Shown in pieces: positions 1 to 11,666 of a stretch of 64,000 bases of DNA. The translations under genes were made by a program, and so were the position numbers. The DNA is from Guillardia theta CCMP2712 (lineage: Eukaryota; Protista; Cryptophyta). Below the pieces are notes generated by a model, which worked only from the letters and a program-made list of their open reading frames with translations, was not told the origin of the DNA and made no database searches. Location: positions 575,377 to 639,376 of the forward strand of contig NW_005434644.1 in NCBI RefSeq assembly GCF_000315625.1. Direction: 5' to 3'. Within the stretch, counting starts at the first letter, position 1. Each line of letters begins with the position of its first letter.

Positions 1-1715
1 CCCTGACACGCATCAATCCTGTTTTTGCCCTTGTCCCCAAGTGAATTATCTACTTGACACCATCTGATGTCTCCTCAGGATGGACTCGGAGCTCAGATAG
101 TACTTGGCGATCAGGCTACCAGGATGAAGTCTGGATCAGCTTTGCCTCTCTCTTTCGCTTTTTTTCTGTTTCTCTGCATAATCCTTGCAACTGGTGAGAT
201 AGCTTCGTCTCATCGCGTCTTCTCTATCTAGTTCTCATGCACTCGTCATGCAGGACATGTTGCTGAGCATGATAACGAACATTTCGGGCTTCCAGACACG
301 AGTCGTGAATTGGCCAGTCTTGACGTAACTGTATGAGATTCAACATCGCGGCTTGCTGATTTCTGTGAATCAACAGGAGATAGATCTACAGACACACAAG
401 GCGCTTCATGCTGCCGCCGTTGCACATGCCATTCACAAGCGAGTGCAGCAGCTCTCGGATGGTCGACCGATCAATCTTCCAGTGAGCAACGATCGTGAAC
501 GCCATCGTTGCTGATCTTGTGCCTGTTAACGAGATCAGGTGATCCCTAAGAGTCCTCCTGTATGTAGCGCTCCTCCTTCCATGCGCTTCTGCAAGTCGGT
601 CACTTATCCCGTCTATCGGCCGTCAGCAGATCATACCTTCGCAGAGGTTCGCACCCAATTGCTGCTGCCCCATCGTTGACCGGCAAGGCAGCTCGACTTC
701 GATTCTCATGCCGTTTACAAGAAGATTGTGCCGCACATGCGAATTTCCGAGAAGTGCTGCTGATTCTCGGAGCCTCTCACTCCTCTCACCTGAGATCGTG
801 CAGACATTTTGAGCTCCCTATCATCGAATCTTGTCGGACCAACTTCCGCGAGTTCCTCTGTGAGTCTCCTTGAATGTGGCAGCTGAGCCCTTGGTGATGG
901 CTGCTCAAGGTCTGCGAAATTTTCCGAGGTGTTGTCACGTGGGCTTGTGCAACAAGTATGGTGCGCCAGAACCTGTTCTGACGGCGTCGGATCTGTTGCC
1001 CACCGTGATGCTCACTTGGCGCACGTACTTCCAGAGCTGATCCTACGGCAGGACGATCGGCCTACTACTGTCACGTTTGTGAATGGCTCTCAGGACACCA
1101 TGAGAGTCGAGATGGGAAGGAACGACACGGTCAAGGTGAGCCGCCTGCAGGCCCTGGGTCGGGAGTTCTCAAAGCTTCACGGCAGGTGAAGATGGCAGAG
1201 GCCGCATGCCTCGAGGTCAGAGCTTCGCTCCTTCCTCTCCGATCTTCTACGTTGCAAGAGTGTCTGATGCCAACGGCAGTACGTCAAGACCTACACTCCG
1301 CTCTTCGATTGTCGCTCCTGGTGCACTCAGCTCCTGTCCAAGGACTGCCTCTACATGCTGTCTCAGGTGAGATCGCGCGCGGGCAGTTGCTAGCATGAAT
1401 GCAAGGGTGAGACTATTTGTGGCAGGATTGTGAGAACTTGTGCTGGGGAGTGCATTCCGAGCGCTGCGCGTCAAGGGCACTGTGAGTAATCACTCGTTGA
1501 TACACTTCCATCTCCTTCAACATGTCCAACATCATCATTCATCTCCTTCCTGGCATGCTATACCGATGGATGAGAAGCTGAAATCCAGCTTTATTAGGTA
1601 TCAGATTGCAACAGGCAAGGAATCAAGCTCGCCGAGACATCCAGGCCCTCTGAATCTCTCAGCATTCATACTTGTCTTTGCTGTTTACTGGCTCAACGCC
1701 AAGTTCTTCTCTTGA
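1..1715 (+). CDS. Multi-exon Cys-rich protein with hydrophobic C-terminus (5' end unresolved); Frizzled-CRD-like motif
   Basis: Manually spliced exons give ESCRTNFREFLCLRNFPRCCHVGLCNK and DCRSWCTQLLSKDC...DCENLCWG. The C-terminal LSAFILVFAVYWL resembles a TM or GPI signal. Confidence 0.45.
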
Positions 1716-1785
1716 TAGATTCTTCAAGGCCCAGGGCCTGTCTTAACTCTACAAAGGAGTGAAAAACCACAGATGCTTTTAGCCT

Positions 1786-3605
1786 TTACCTTTTGCTGTC
1801 TCGGCAAACAAGTTCGATCTCCTTCGACAGTTCATCTTTCATCATGTCAGAGCCCTGGAACCCTCAACCCTGCTTCTCAAAGCACCTTTTGTCATCCTGG
1901 AGAGGCTGGATGATCTCCAAATTTGAATCGTCCCCCCACCCAAGCCCTGCGATGCATAAGCAGTGGATCATCATCACTCTGCGCTACCTCAGACGAATCT
2001 TCAGACACGGTAGCCAGGCACCAGGGGCTCTCAGGATTCCAGTTGAGATCCTGGATGGATCCCCTGCTCATGCAGTGTAAGGTATCCGGTGGCGACAGGC
2101 AACTGCAGCACCTGTGCCCTACATGGTTGAAGATCAACTCAACATTCGTGTCAACAGTTGAACCGTTGACAGCCATAGCCTGTTCCTTGTTCGTATCCCA
2201 GAGCTTCAAGTCGCGTTAGGGCGGAGTCCCACGAGCTCTAGACTGGCAAACTCACCACCACACAGCCGTCCTCGCCACCACTCGCAAAGTAGTTAGGAGT
2301 GAGAGGATTAAATTCCTTGACCACCCGTCAGCACACGGAGCAGGACGTTTCAGCCTCACCAGGCAAGTGACAGCTGCCGTGTGACCGGAGAATGATCTGA
2401 TGTAGCAGTCCTTGCTCTCAGCGGAGAACTGTACATAGTAGATCAGCTCACTAGGCTCAAAAAGGCGATAGCATGCCTTCCTCTTGTCATACAAGTAGAC
2501 GACTCCTTGAGAATCTCCAGCGAGCAGGCTGTTCAAATCAAAGGCGCTCCAGTCTAGTTCCGACAAGGCATGGGTCAGTGAGACCATCTCCCTCCTTCCG
2601 GAGCAACTCACCGACGCAATGGAAATCATTGTCGTTCTCATTGAAAGCAGATGCAACTGGAGCCTCAGGGGCGCGGAGATCCCATAGCCTGAGAACGTCC
2701 CTCAGGATCAGCCTCGAGAGTCAGGGCAGTCACGACCCACCTGATCGACTTGTCATCCCCGGCCGAGCAAAGTTCCTGCGAGCTCTTGGGCTGGAATTTC
2801 ACTGCCTCTACAGTGTCTGTATGCCCATTATCGCCCTTGAGGCTGAGAACACCGTTACAGGCCAGAGACAACCGGGTCAATCGCTCGACCTCTGTATAGG
2901 GCTCAGTGCTTTCTTCCCATCTGTTCCACTCTCCAAGGATTGAACGTCCCAGATGAGAACGTTCCCCTGCTGGTCGCCGCTGCAAGAGACACAGCAAGAG
3001 GTGAGGAGAGAATGCGCAGGTGTCGGGGACAGGGAAGAACAAACCTGGCCACCATCATAGCCGAGTCGCATGTATCCACAGCGAAGCTGCTCTCACAAAC
3101 GCCATCCTCGTGCCCTTTCAACACGACCTGGAACGAGAGTTAGGAGCTACCAAGATGTCATCGGAGGGCAGACCGGATCCTTGTCCTTTGGGGAGGAAGG
3201 GTCGGATATGTCCCAGATATGAAGATCTGAGAGGTCTGACTTTGACAGGAGCAGATGCTTGCACGTTGGAAAAGTCCTCAGCCGATTCACCTCAGTGTTC
3301 CGAGGTGCCTTGATCTTGCCCAAAGTTTCCATGTGGGGAGACGGTTTCGATTCATTGAACTGCGATATGCGAGAGAGATCGGACTGATATTCACTAGGCA
3401 CCTTCACTTTGCTGATGATGATGTGGTTTTTCGTGTTGCCTCGCTCGCTGAAGCACATGATCTGGCTCAGATGCTTTTCCTCCTTGGACAACACGCTAGA
3501 CCAATGAACGCATGGAGACGGCACTTGGAGGTTATGGTGCGTGAAGAAGTCATACACCAGTGGAATGCTTTTTTTCCACTGCAGGTATTTCGAATGGTCG
3601 TTCAT
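1786..3605 (-). CDS. WD40 histone-binding protein, MSI/RBBP4 (CAF1-C) family, MSI4/FVE-like
   Basis: KYLQWKKSIPLVYDFFTHHNLQVPSPCVHW matches the CAF1C H4-binding domain. WD repeats include LKGHEDG, GHTDTVEAVKF...LCSAGDDKSIR, FSGHTAAV and WNPESPWCLATVSED. Confidence 0.85.
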
Positions 3606-4131
3606 TTCCCGTGCTGTTCTTCCCCTTCAGAAGAGCCTGGATGGATCGCAGCAGGAGCTCAACGATGAATCTGGTTGCTAACAAGCTGTATCCTCCTCTT
3701 TGAAGCCAACAAAGCCTCAATCCTATTTCCTCTTCTCTTCTTGCCTCTGCTCCCCTACCCTCGTTTAGCCCTCTCCCTGACCTCCCGTATCTTTTCTCGC
3801 CCCTCTGCCCTTGTTCTCCTCCCTTTTCTTTCCCTCTTTCCCTCTCCTCTCCTCTCCTCTCCTCTCCTCTCCTTCTTTTCCCCTTACAACTCAAGCACTG
3901 GTCCTGCCATTCCGCCGGCGCCGTAACCAGATCCTGGTTTTACTCAACAAATTTCCCGCAAGTCCTGCACATGCAGATGGCCCGACAGTAGCGACACATC
4001 TCACGCGTTGCAATGCACGTCTAGCAAACGCCGAGAGCGTTCACTGTCCTCCTCCTCCAACTACAGGTTCGGAGACATCACGCCATTGCACATCCCTGCC
4101 TGCAGCATTCGAAGCCTCGCTCCCCGCGAAA

Positions 4132-5512
4132 ATGAAGGTCGTTACAACCCGCGATGAAGCTTTCCGCATTGTGAACGGAACCCAGAAACATGTGATCCTT
4201 TACAAAGGAGACATGGAGGAGGAAGTGGAATCTGGCATTACGCTGCAAGCATGCACAGAAGATGGAGTCGAGTATGCGGAGCTGACGGTGGTCGCTTGTT
4301 GGCTCGCGAATTCCAGTGGAGCAAGCCAGAGGGTGATCGACGCGTGTGGATGCAAGGACGCGATCGAGCTGCAGCACCTCCTGGATGAAAGCCGTGCCAT
4401 GAGACTTGAGGACAGTGAGGCAATGATGGTTGCTCAGGTATCCTTCAACAGGCTCGTCTCAGCAACTTCCTTCGAGTCCTCGGAGTTCTGGAGCAAGATG
4501 AACGCGGAAAAGATCCCCTCCAAGAAGCATCTTCACCCCAGTTTTATTGGCGTGCTCCAGGGATTCTGGCAGCAGCGACTGAGGTTCAGCATGCTGGATC
4601 TTGGTTGCGGGGACGGGCACGTTGCGTTGCAGCTGCTGGAGAGCGCGGGTGAGCAAGAGGCAGTGCTTGATGTGATGGGTGTGGACGTCTGCGAAAGTGC
4701 GGTAAAGAGCGCACGTGAGATGGCGGGGGACAAGAAGATCCCGGAGTTCCGGAGCTCGTTGGATCATTCCACTATCTCCTTCATTGCGCAGGACGTGACC
4801 AAGCTGGATGTTTCCTCCACACACGGCTTGTTTGATGTCGTTTTGTGCCAGTTGGTGATTTCTGTTGTTGGAGGAAAGAAGGAGAGGAAGGTGTGTAATC
4901 TGTATAGCTGCTACATGCTCTTCATACTGAGCATGTGTCAAGGCGCTTCTACAATGCATCTTCTCGCACCTCAAGGAGGGGCATGCCATGCTGTTGTCTG
5001 TCTCGGGGGCCTCGGAGCATGTCAACGAATCGTACAGGTTCGTGGGAGGGCAGCATGAGCTGGTTGATTGACCCGCCACCAGGAAGATCTACGAGGAGGA
5101 TGAGGGCTTGACAGGAGAATACAGGTCTCAGTGCTCTCGTTACCCACGCTCTTGTACTGAATGCGCTCCTGCAGATCATACTTGAGCAGGGGATCGGAAG
5201 GGCAGGTTAGCATACAAAGTCATTGGGGTTGCATGAACATTGATACACGACACAGGTGTTATACATAACACACCATTTCACAGAGGAGGAGATTGTATCT
5301 CTTTGCAAAGAGGTAATTCCTTGTGTGTGATGCACGCTACAATTTCATCATTCTCAGATCCCACAGGTTGGTTTCTGCAAAATAGCAGTGCACAAGGAGA
5401 TTGAAAGCAGCTCCAGAAGACCTAAAGTATACACTCACCCATCTGTGATCGCATTCTGTAACAGAATCACTAGGAAAAGGCTATCTTTTTGTATGTCATC
5501 GCGTATCGTTGA
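4132..5512 (+). CDS. Class I SAM-dependent methyltransferase
   Basis: Motif I MLDLGCGDG, VMGVDVCESAV and FDVVLCQLVISVV. Spliced C-terminus ends ...FLYVIAYR*. Confidence 0.8.
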
Positions 5513-5626
5513 TTGATGAAAGCCTGCCTCACCTCATGCGAATCTGTTCTGATAGTGTGTATGAGACGATAGCACACACGAGATTCAAAATATTTTGGGG
5601 TTTTACTGTTCCAGTACACGAAATGT

Positions 5627-5797
5627 TTACTCGTAGAGGGACTTGGTGTAGGTGGCGGTGGCCGCAACGTAGGCATCACGGGCAGCCTTGTAGGGGCCGG
5701 TGGCGAGCTTGAGCTCGTTGGCAGCCTTCAAGTAGGCATCGCGGGTGGCGCGGTAGGTGGTGGCGTAGTCCTCAAGGTCGAAGAGAAGAGCGAACAT
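5627..5797 (-). CDS. 56-aa Ala/Tyr/Thr-rich helical peptide, candidate cryptophyte ejectisome (Tri/ejectisin-type) protein
   Basis: ATG at 5797 to TAA at 5627. No A-ending codons, and all Tyr are TAC, Thr ACC and Lys AAG. Internal repeat YRATRDAY/YKAARDAY. Coding status is well supported; the family call is an inference. Confidence 0.6.
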   Translation of the reverse strand: MFALLFDLEDYATTYRATRDAYLKAANELKLATGPYKAARDAYVAATATYTKSLYE

Positions 5798-6661
5798 TCC
5801 TGTTAACAAGGATCAACAACTTTACACTTTCATTGAGTGATTACAAAGAACACAATTGGTGGAACAGAGTCAAACATCTGAAGAGTATGGGCAATCAACT
5901 AAGGGTTGACAGCATCATTCCATCAGCATCTCAAGCAACAGACGCAGTTCAAAGGGTTCATCGCAATGCCGCAGAGCATGTCTATGGGTTTCGAACCTGC
6001 TGGTGTGGAGTGTGGGTTCCCTCTGCCGCTTTTATTACCGCTCGTTCTATTTCCGGTGGCACTACCCTACCACTCCTCTCCTGACCCGGCTTTCGTTCTT
6101 TCGGCGTGATTGGTTTCTCCACTAAATGGAAATTTTCCCTAAAACTATTTCTTATCTTCAATTTTATATCTAATTATTGAAATATTTCGACAGCATAATG
6201 TCAAATAGTGATACAATTCAATATCGTGTGGTAGAGAACCAAACAGTTTAATCACCCACCCCACAAGAAAGTTCTATATTCGGGGCATGTCAACAAATTT
6301 ACTCAAAAAAGTGAGAAAACATAAAAAAGAATTCTTTTTTATTTTCTTTTTAAATTATTTTTTTATTTTACAGATACAAGAAGTCAAGGAAACAGGAGAG
6401 GTGAAGAGGCGGCTCCGCCGATGCATATTTGAGGTAGGCGTGATGGCGAGGGAGCGGGAGGCCGATGATAGCAGATGATGGAGAGGAATTCGGTGATTAA
6501 GTGTGTTGTGACTTGCATGGGAGAGAGAGCGATCCCATTTGTTTCATTGAAAGACTCCTTCATCCATTCCACATAGCTACAAACTCTTGTTCGCCCTCTC
6601 TACTCCTTGATGAAAAGCCTCACGCAGGACACCTGTAGCAAGAGGCTTCAAGTGTTTCAAG

Positions 6662-7433
6662 ATGCAGAACCTGGTGACCTAAGTTGAAAATCATTGACGT
6701 GCATCTTAAACTCCGCCTCCGTGTGTCGTTGCAGGGGTTCATGGCAGCAGCACTTGCCGTGGTGGGAGTCTGTCTGTTGACAGTTGGGATCTCCAGAGGA
6801 GCCATAAGGCAGAGTAACAGCATCGTTGAGCTCCAGAGAGGTAGGTCAAAGGTACACATGCAACGTGCCTCTGACCCTTCCCTGGAGGCTTTCGTCGTCA
6901 ATCGCGCTTGCAAGCTTTGGACTTCGACACGGTAACAGTGGGCCCTTACGGTAACTACGACGCACAAACCTGGTACTTCCATCCGAACGGAATGTCACGC
7001 GATCAGGTTGCACTAGCACACATGCATGGACATTTTGATTCATCTTGCCAATCAGGATGCTGTCATCTATCAGGGGATCACCAATCAAAATCAGGAGGAG
7101 GGGCGTCTGGTCCCATGGGACTGGTCCTTTGCTGTTGTCGATCCTGCTTGTTCCTTGACAGTGTTGTCGCAGGAATGATGTGATTTACCAGCAGACCGGT
7201 GACGCTCCCGTGAGTTTATACTATCTTCATGTTCTTGTCCTTGACTTTGAAAGTACGAGCAGCCTGTCGAGGGACGCTTGGTTCCTTGGGACTGGTGAGC
7301 GGCATATCGGTACAGAACCTGCAGCTGACCTTGACAATGTAGGGATGACGTTATGTATCAAGACGTCGTGTCTGAGAGCTCGCAACAGAACGCGAATACT
7401 ATCCCTCAGGACAACGAAGTCATGAGCAAGTGA
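6662..7433 (+). CDS. Hypothetical protein with N-terminal hydrophobic segment
   Basis: Exons MAAALAVVGVCLLTVGIS, ALDFDTVTVGPYGNYDAQTWYFHPN and DDVMYQDVVSE...MSK* are bounded by GT-AG introns. Confidence 0.5.
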
Positions 7434-7564
7434 AGTTCTTTCACTTAAGCATTCATAGTTACAGGATGATTTGGCTATAAGCAGAGAGGAAGCTGAATTG
7501 ATAAATCATTATCTTTCGCAAGGTATTGCTGCTCTAGGGTCCTGAAGCTCCTTGGGAGGAAACA

Positions 7565-8938
7565 TCAAAGTTGAATGCTGTTCTGATCTGGTGTGGGGTC
7601 ATCGTTGTTAGTTCCTTCCAACTCCTCCTGCAGTCCCTCATCAGTCATGGTCTGCGAACTTGAAGTGACGCACTCGCTCAGCTGCCTCGATGCAAGGTCG
7701 CATGACAGGATCCAACCACATCGCTTTCCTGTAACACTCCGCAGCGGTGGTCTCGTCGTCTGGGGCACTCGATCATCGGCAGTCAACATGCAGTTAGGAG
7801 GGGAAGGTCGAACCACGGAAGTCCATGCAGAAGGACCCGTAGCTGTAAAGTCTGCGTGAAGTTTGATGTTAGCCGTCAGCGTCGCCTTCACATATAGAGT
7901 GCAGGCTCACAGCTCGAAGTAGTCCGGGGCTATCTCGAGACCTTTCTTGTACAGTTTCTCGGCCTCATCGTGCTGCTCCTTCCCCTCCGAGAGGACGCGC
8001 GCGAGCTCCGCAAGAGTCAGGGGCAGACGTCAAGGTTGGCCGTCACCATGTGAAGGACATCCGGGTGGTTGGGTTCCGAGGCATGCGCGAGCTTGAGGTA
8101 GGACTCAGCCTTGTCTGCGTCTCTGAGAGGGCAGCGAGTCAGTTGACTCGCCTCCTAAGCGGCTGCTCTCGCCTGTACACAGCATAATGCAACCAGGCAC
8201 AGTTGCAGAGGCACTGGACGTTCCCCGGCTCCTGCAGCGACCTGAGTCAGAGCGCGGAGAGCGAGGGGGCGGAACGAGGGACCCAGTCCAAGATTCTCTC
8301 GTAGATCGACTCTGCCTTTTCGTACTCTCGGTAGAGCCGATGGATCAGGCAAGCATAGTCTGCATTGGCTGCGATGTGCTGCGGACAGAACTCGATCGCT
8401 GCTTTCAGCAATTTCTCAGCTCCGGTCCTGTTCATCTTGAAACGATTTCAGGATGGGAGCCCGCGCTCGAAGTCTCCTCACCTCTTGGTACAGCTGCATC
8501 GCGACTTCATGGATCTCTGTAGCAAGCCGGTACCTGGCAGACTCGTCCAGCTCCTGGTGTGAAGATTGGTCTGGAGGGTTCCCGCTCTGTCTGTCTGAAA
8601 GCACCGCTTTAGCGAGGGGTGGTGCTTGCCAGAGCATAACCTGAATCGTCGCCGACAGCGTCTGAGGTGATTCTCTCGTTGCTCGTGTTGGTAATGTAGT
8701 CAGCGAGGATGATCTGCTCCCTCCTCTCCCCATCCACGTTGTGCTTCGGCTTCGACATGATCAGGATGTATTCCTTCACCACCTCGCTCTCACGATATCC
8801 TCCTCGAAGCCGCAAACCCGGCTGTCCCTCCCGCCATGGCGTCGGCACGTGCCTCAAGAGGAGAACACACTCCATCTGACATGCATGCATGATCGTCCAG
8901 CAGCACAAGAGCAGCCAGCATACGCTCCTCCCCACCAT
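7565..8938 (-). CDS. TPR-repeat protein with signal-peptide-like N-terminus and LRLRGG motif
   Basis: TPR-like segments AEKLLKAAIEFCPQHIAANADYA, EKAESIYERIL and DEAEKLYKKGLEIAP. LRLRGG is encoded at 8798-8815. Confidence 0.7.
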
Positions 8939-8998
8939 CCCCTACACTCCCCTCAGCCCATTTTTGCTGTCCGCACCGGCCTCATCCCCACCACTGCA

Positions 8999-11519
8999 AT
9001 GGCCGAGGCAGTGGCTGAGGTGGCGCTGGGGGAGTATGCTGCCGCAGCCGTCTGCATGATCCTCGCGGCTCTTGTGCTCCTCTTGGGGTCTCGTCAGCCT
9101 CCTCCCTCAGCTCGCACATGGCGAGATGGCGACAAGGACGGGAGGAAGGACGAGGGAAGGATCGAGCGAAGTCAAGGTGGAGCCAAGAAAGCTGACGTGC
9201 CGCTGGTTCGCGAGCATGGGAGGAGCCTCATGCCGCGACCCTCTGCCAGCATGCCAGCGTTAAGCTCGTCGAGGAGCATGCGCTCAAGCTGGCGGTCGGG
9301 ACTCGCTCAGGAGGAGGAGGACGTGGGAGCGGCGAGCTTCTTCGAGGAGATGCTCAAATGCCTGGGGTTCGAAGACGCCGGCGACCATGGCTTCGGCTTC
9401 TCCGTCAGCTCCAAATCTCGTCCCCTTCCTGCGGATTTTCCTCTGGTAGAAAAGATCCGATCCGACCTGATCGCCTCCTCCTCCCTCGCCAACGGCGATC
9501 GGATCTTGATGGTGGACTCGCGCAACGTCGCCGGCATGCGCGCCAAGGAGGTGAAGAGCCTCATCAACCAGTCGGACTTCAGGATCAGCCTGTTGGTCAA
9601 GGGGAACGAGGGAGGAAGAGGACAAGTCGAGAGGCAGGTGGTTCTCTACCGAGGGAGGGTCGGAGTGCTCAGAGCTTTCTTCACCAACTACATGCTGAAA
9701 CACACGAGCAGGTTCCAATCTACACCCATGGTATGTCTTGCTCTCTCTGCCTCAAACCTCCCTCCCTCCCTCCCTCCCTCCCTCCCTCCCAGTCACTCTT
9801 CTTACTGTTTGCGCTTCTCTAACTGCATGCGACCGGCAGGGACAGGAGATCGCTCAGGTCTTCCGTCTCTTCATGACTCTATCAGATCAAGTAGCATCCG
9901 CGGACGAGCTTGTCTCCCTCCTCCAGCACAGCATCTCGGCCCGCCCCAAGGGATCGATCCAGAAGTCCATCCTGTCTCTCTTCAAGGTCCTCGTCGTCTA
10001 TCAGGCGACCGAGTGCCTGCATGCCTCCAGCGTGGACGTGAGCCCGATGAAGGAGAGTGACCGAATCTTTTCCTCCAACTTTTCCACCAGCAACGGGGAC
10101 GCGACCGACGCCTCTCCTCTTCGCATGTCGATGTTGGAGCTCCAGAGGTCCCAGGTGGGAGCATCTGCCAGGTTGGACCATGCTGCGTTCCTGACTTCCC
10201 TCCAGGTGACGGACAACCTGCGTAAGGAGATGGAGAGGCTGCAGGAGGAAGCTGGCGCGAGGGAGGCTCAGCTAGAGGCCACGCGCAAGGAAGTACAGCG
10301 GCTGGCCGAGGAGTTGAACAAGGCAAAAGGCCTCGTTGCGGCCTTGCAAGCAGAGGATCAGGATGGGGCACACAGACAGGCAAGACAACAGGAAGAGGAG
10401 AGGACTAGGTTGAGGCTAGATGATCTTGAGAGCGCGATCAACGAGTTCGCTACCTGGTCGGAAGATTTCCGCTGCCGTCAGTTTGCGATGATACAAGACC
10501 TGCTGGTCACTCGGGGTCAAGATCGTAACGCAGAGGAGCCATCGAACCCACAGGACGAGCGAGATGGAGTCCCTTCGCTTGCCACCCGTAGCCATGAGGC
10601 AGAGCTCCTCGACCTCTGCAGACGGAGCTTGGCGGAGATGTGCGAGTCCATGAGGGGGAGGAGGGAGGAGGGAGAGGAGGGAGACGTGCTGCTGGAGATA
10701 GGCTTCCTCCTCCAGGAGCTTCAGTTCACCTTGGAGGAGCTGCAGGGCAGCGCGTGGGCAGCGGAGGACCTCCGGCTTTTCCTGGGCGAGACTTTGGAGG
10801 CGTTGATGACTGCGCACACCAAGTCGTTGAACTTCATGTCGAGGTCAGACTTCATCCTCTCCAAGTTGAAGTTCTACAGGAGGAGGAGGAGCGCGTCTCT
10901 CCATCGGATGCAACAGACGCCCGCCCCCGGCATCCTGCACAGCCGCTCCATCAGCGAGATCGATCGGTCGCCCGCGTGCCTGCTGGAGGAGATTCCGAGC
11001 GATGAGCGAAGGTCTTCCACCGAGTTCTCGCAGGAGGGGGAGGACAGCCTCGTCGAAGTCCTTGAGAAACTCTTGACAAGCATCAGCAGCGACAACGATG
11101 CGCAGAGCGAGAACGGTCTGCCTCCCCCGGAGACCTCCCAGGCCTCGATGTTCTCATCCTCTCAGACGAGCGCTGGAGAGGGGAGGGGGGGCAACGACAC
11201 GGGTGGGGAGGATCAAATCGAGACTCTCCGTCGCAAGGTTCTCGCCATGGAGCAGATGATTCACTTCAGGGAGTCCTCCTACAACTTGCTCCTGCACTTC
11301 TGCTCGAGAGAGCTCAGATTTCTCCTTGGAGTCCCTTCCTCTCCCTCCTCCCCGTCCCCCTCCCCCTCCTCCTCTCCCTCCCCTGCTCCATCACTGTCAC
11401 CTTCTCTCGTGGAGTACGATCCCAGTCATCCGACTGAGTTTCCGGGGAAGAAAGCTCTAGAAGACATGTTCGAAGTTCTCAAGAGGCGAGGAAACCTGAT
11501 ACCTGGGCATCAGATCTAG
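8999..11519 (+). CDS. Hypothetical protein: N-terminal TM, PDZ-like segment, coiled coil
   Basis: Long ORFs 8741-10060 and 9738-11519. TM segment AAAVCMILAALVLLLG, PDZ-like LANGDRILMVDSRNV, and an E/Q/R heptad region. Confidence 0.6.
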
Positions 11520-11666
11520 CCAGCCTGCCGACTTTATTGTTTCTCCCCCTCCTCCTCCCTACTCCGTTGGAATATCCGAATTCTGAATAGATCTTGTTTC
11601 TCTCCCCTTCCTCTCCCCTCTCTGCCCCCTTCCTTCTACCCCCGTCAAACTCTTCCCACCACAACT

